DNA of 64,000 nt from Reclinomonas americana ATCC 50394. Lineage: Eukaryota. The notes beneath the pieces are model-generated. The model was not told the origin of the DNA and ran no database searches. It worked only from the letters and a program-made list of their open reading frames with translations. Made by a program: the position numbers and the translations under genes. Positions 63,901 through 64,000 of the stretch are shown here, one piece after another (positions within the stretch are counted from its first letter, which is position 1; each line of letters begins with the position of its first letter). The stretch covers positions 80,340 through 144,339 of the forward strand of contig PS015016.1 in assembly GCA_048213135.1 (NCBI GenBank), in the 5' to 3' direction.

Positions 63901-64000
63901 CGCTGCGCGTAATCACATTGTGTTGAGCATGCGTGACGCGGCTTCGTGGGTGGACTTTGCCAATCATGCGTTTGTGCGACTCGGCGCCACAAGACGAGAG
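57909..64000 (+). CDS. MDN1: Midasin AAA-ATPase, 5' part, runs off the window
   Basis: Successive AAA modules: GPGGSGKT, GETGTGKT, GPTSSGKTS, GETGCGKTT; LDELNLAP, FATQNPPGLYGGRK, ATMNPGGDFGKKELSPALRSRF. Confidence 0.97.

Noticed and set aside
1-64000. Alternative genetic code, CRISPR arrays, rRNA/tRNA genes, intact transposons
   Set aside because: TAA, TAG and TGA all terminate conserved genes, in-frame stops are explained by introns, and no arrays, RNA genes or transposase/RT motifs were recognised

Overview
Draft-assembly window from a gene-dense, GC-rich, intron-rich unicellular eukaryote using the standard genetic code. Introns are mostly about 60-90 nt GT-AG, there are many micro-exons, and the short N-runs are unsized gaps. 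I spliced genes by eye. They encode HIU hydrolase, a MINDY-1/2 deubiquitinase, a NEK1-like kinase, two SLC6/NSS transporter paralogs, a Nudix hydrolase, RLP24, a saposin-like ER protein, COX5B, TBCC, a hotdog acyl-CoA thioesterase, LRRIQ1, Integrator subunit INTS1, a nucleus-encoded mitochondrial CcmE, the 5' part of midasin, an FN3-type Thr-rich protein and several hypotheticals. The main discovery concerns splicing. Two conserved genes can only be read in frame through nested introns-within-introns, where removing one intron rebuilds the GT donor of the next from a leftover G. One is a two-layer [D1,2] stwintron in an NSS transporter (17116-16979, minus). The other is a three-layer nest immediately after the catalytic Cys motif of MINDY (12959-12731, minus). 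A frequent second class of 5' splice site with one extra T (GTTGCGT/GTTGAGT/GTTTCGT) is also evident. All gene models are unvalidated by transcripts.
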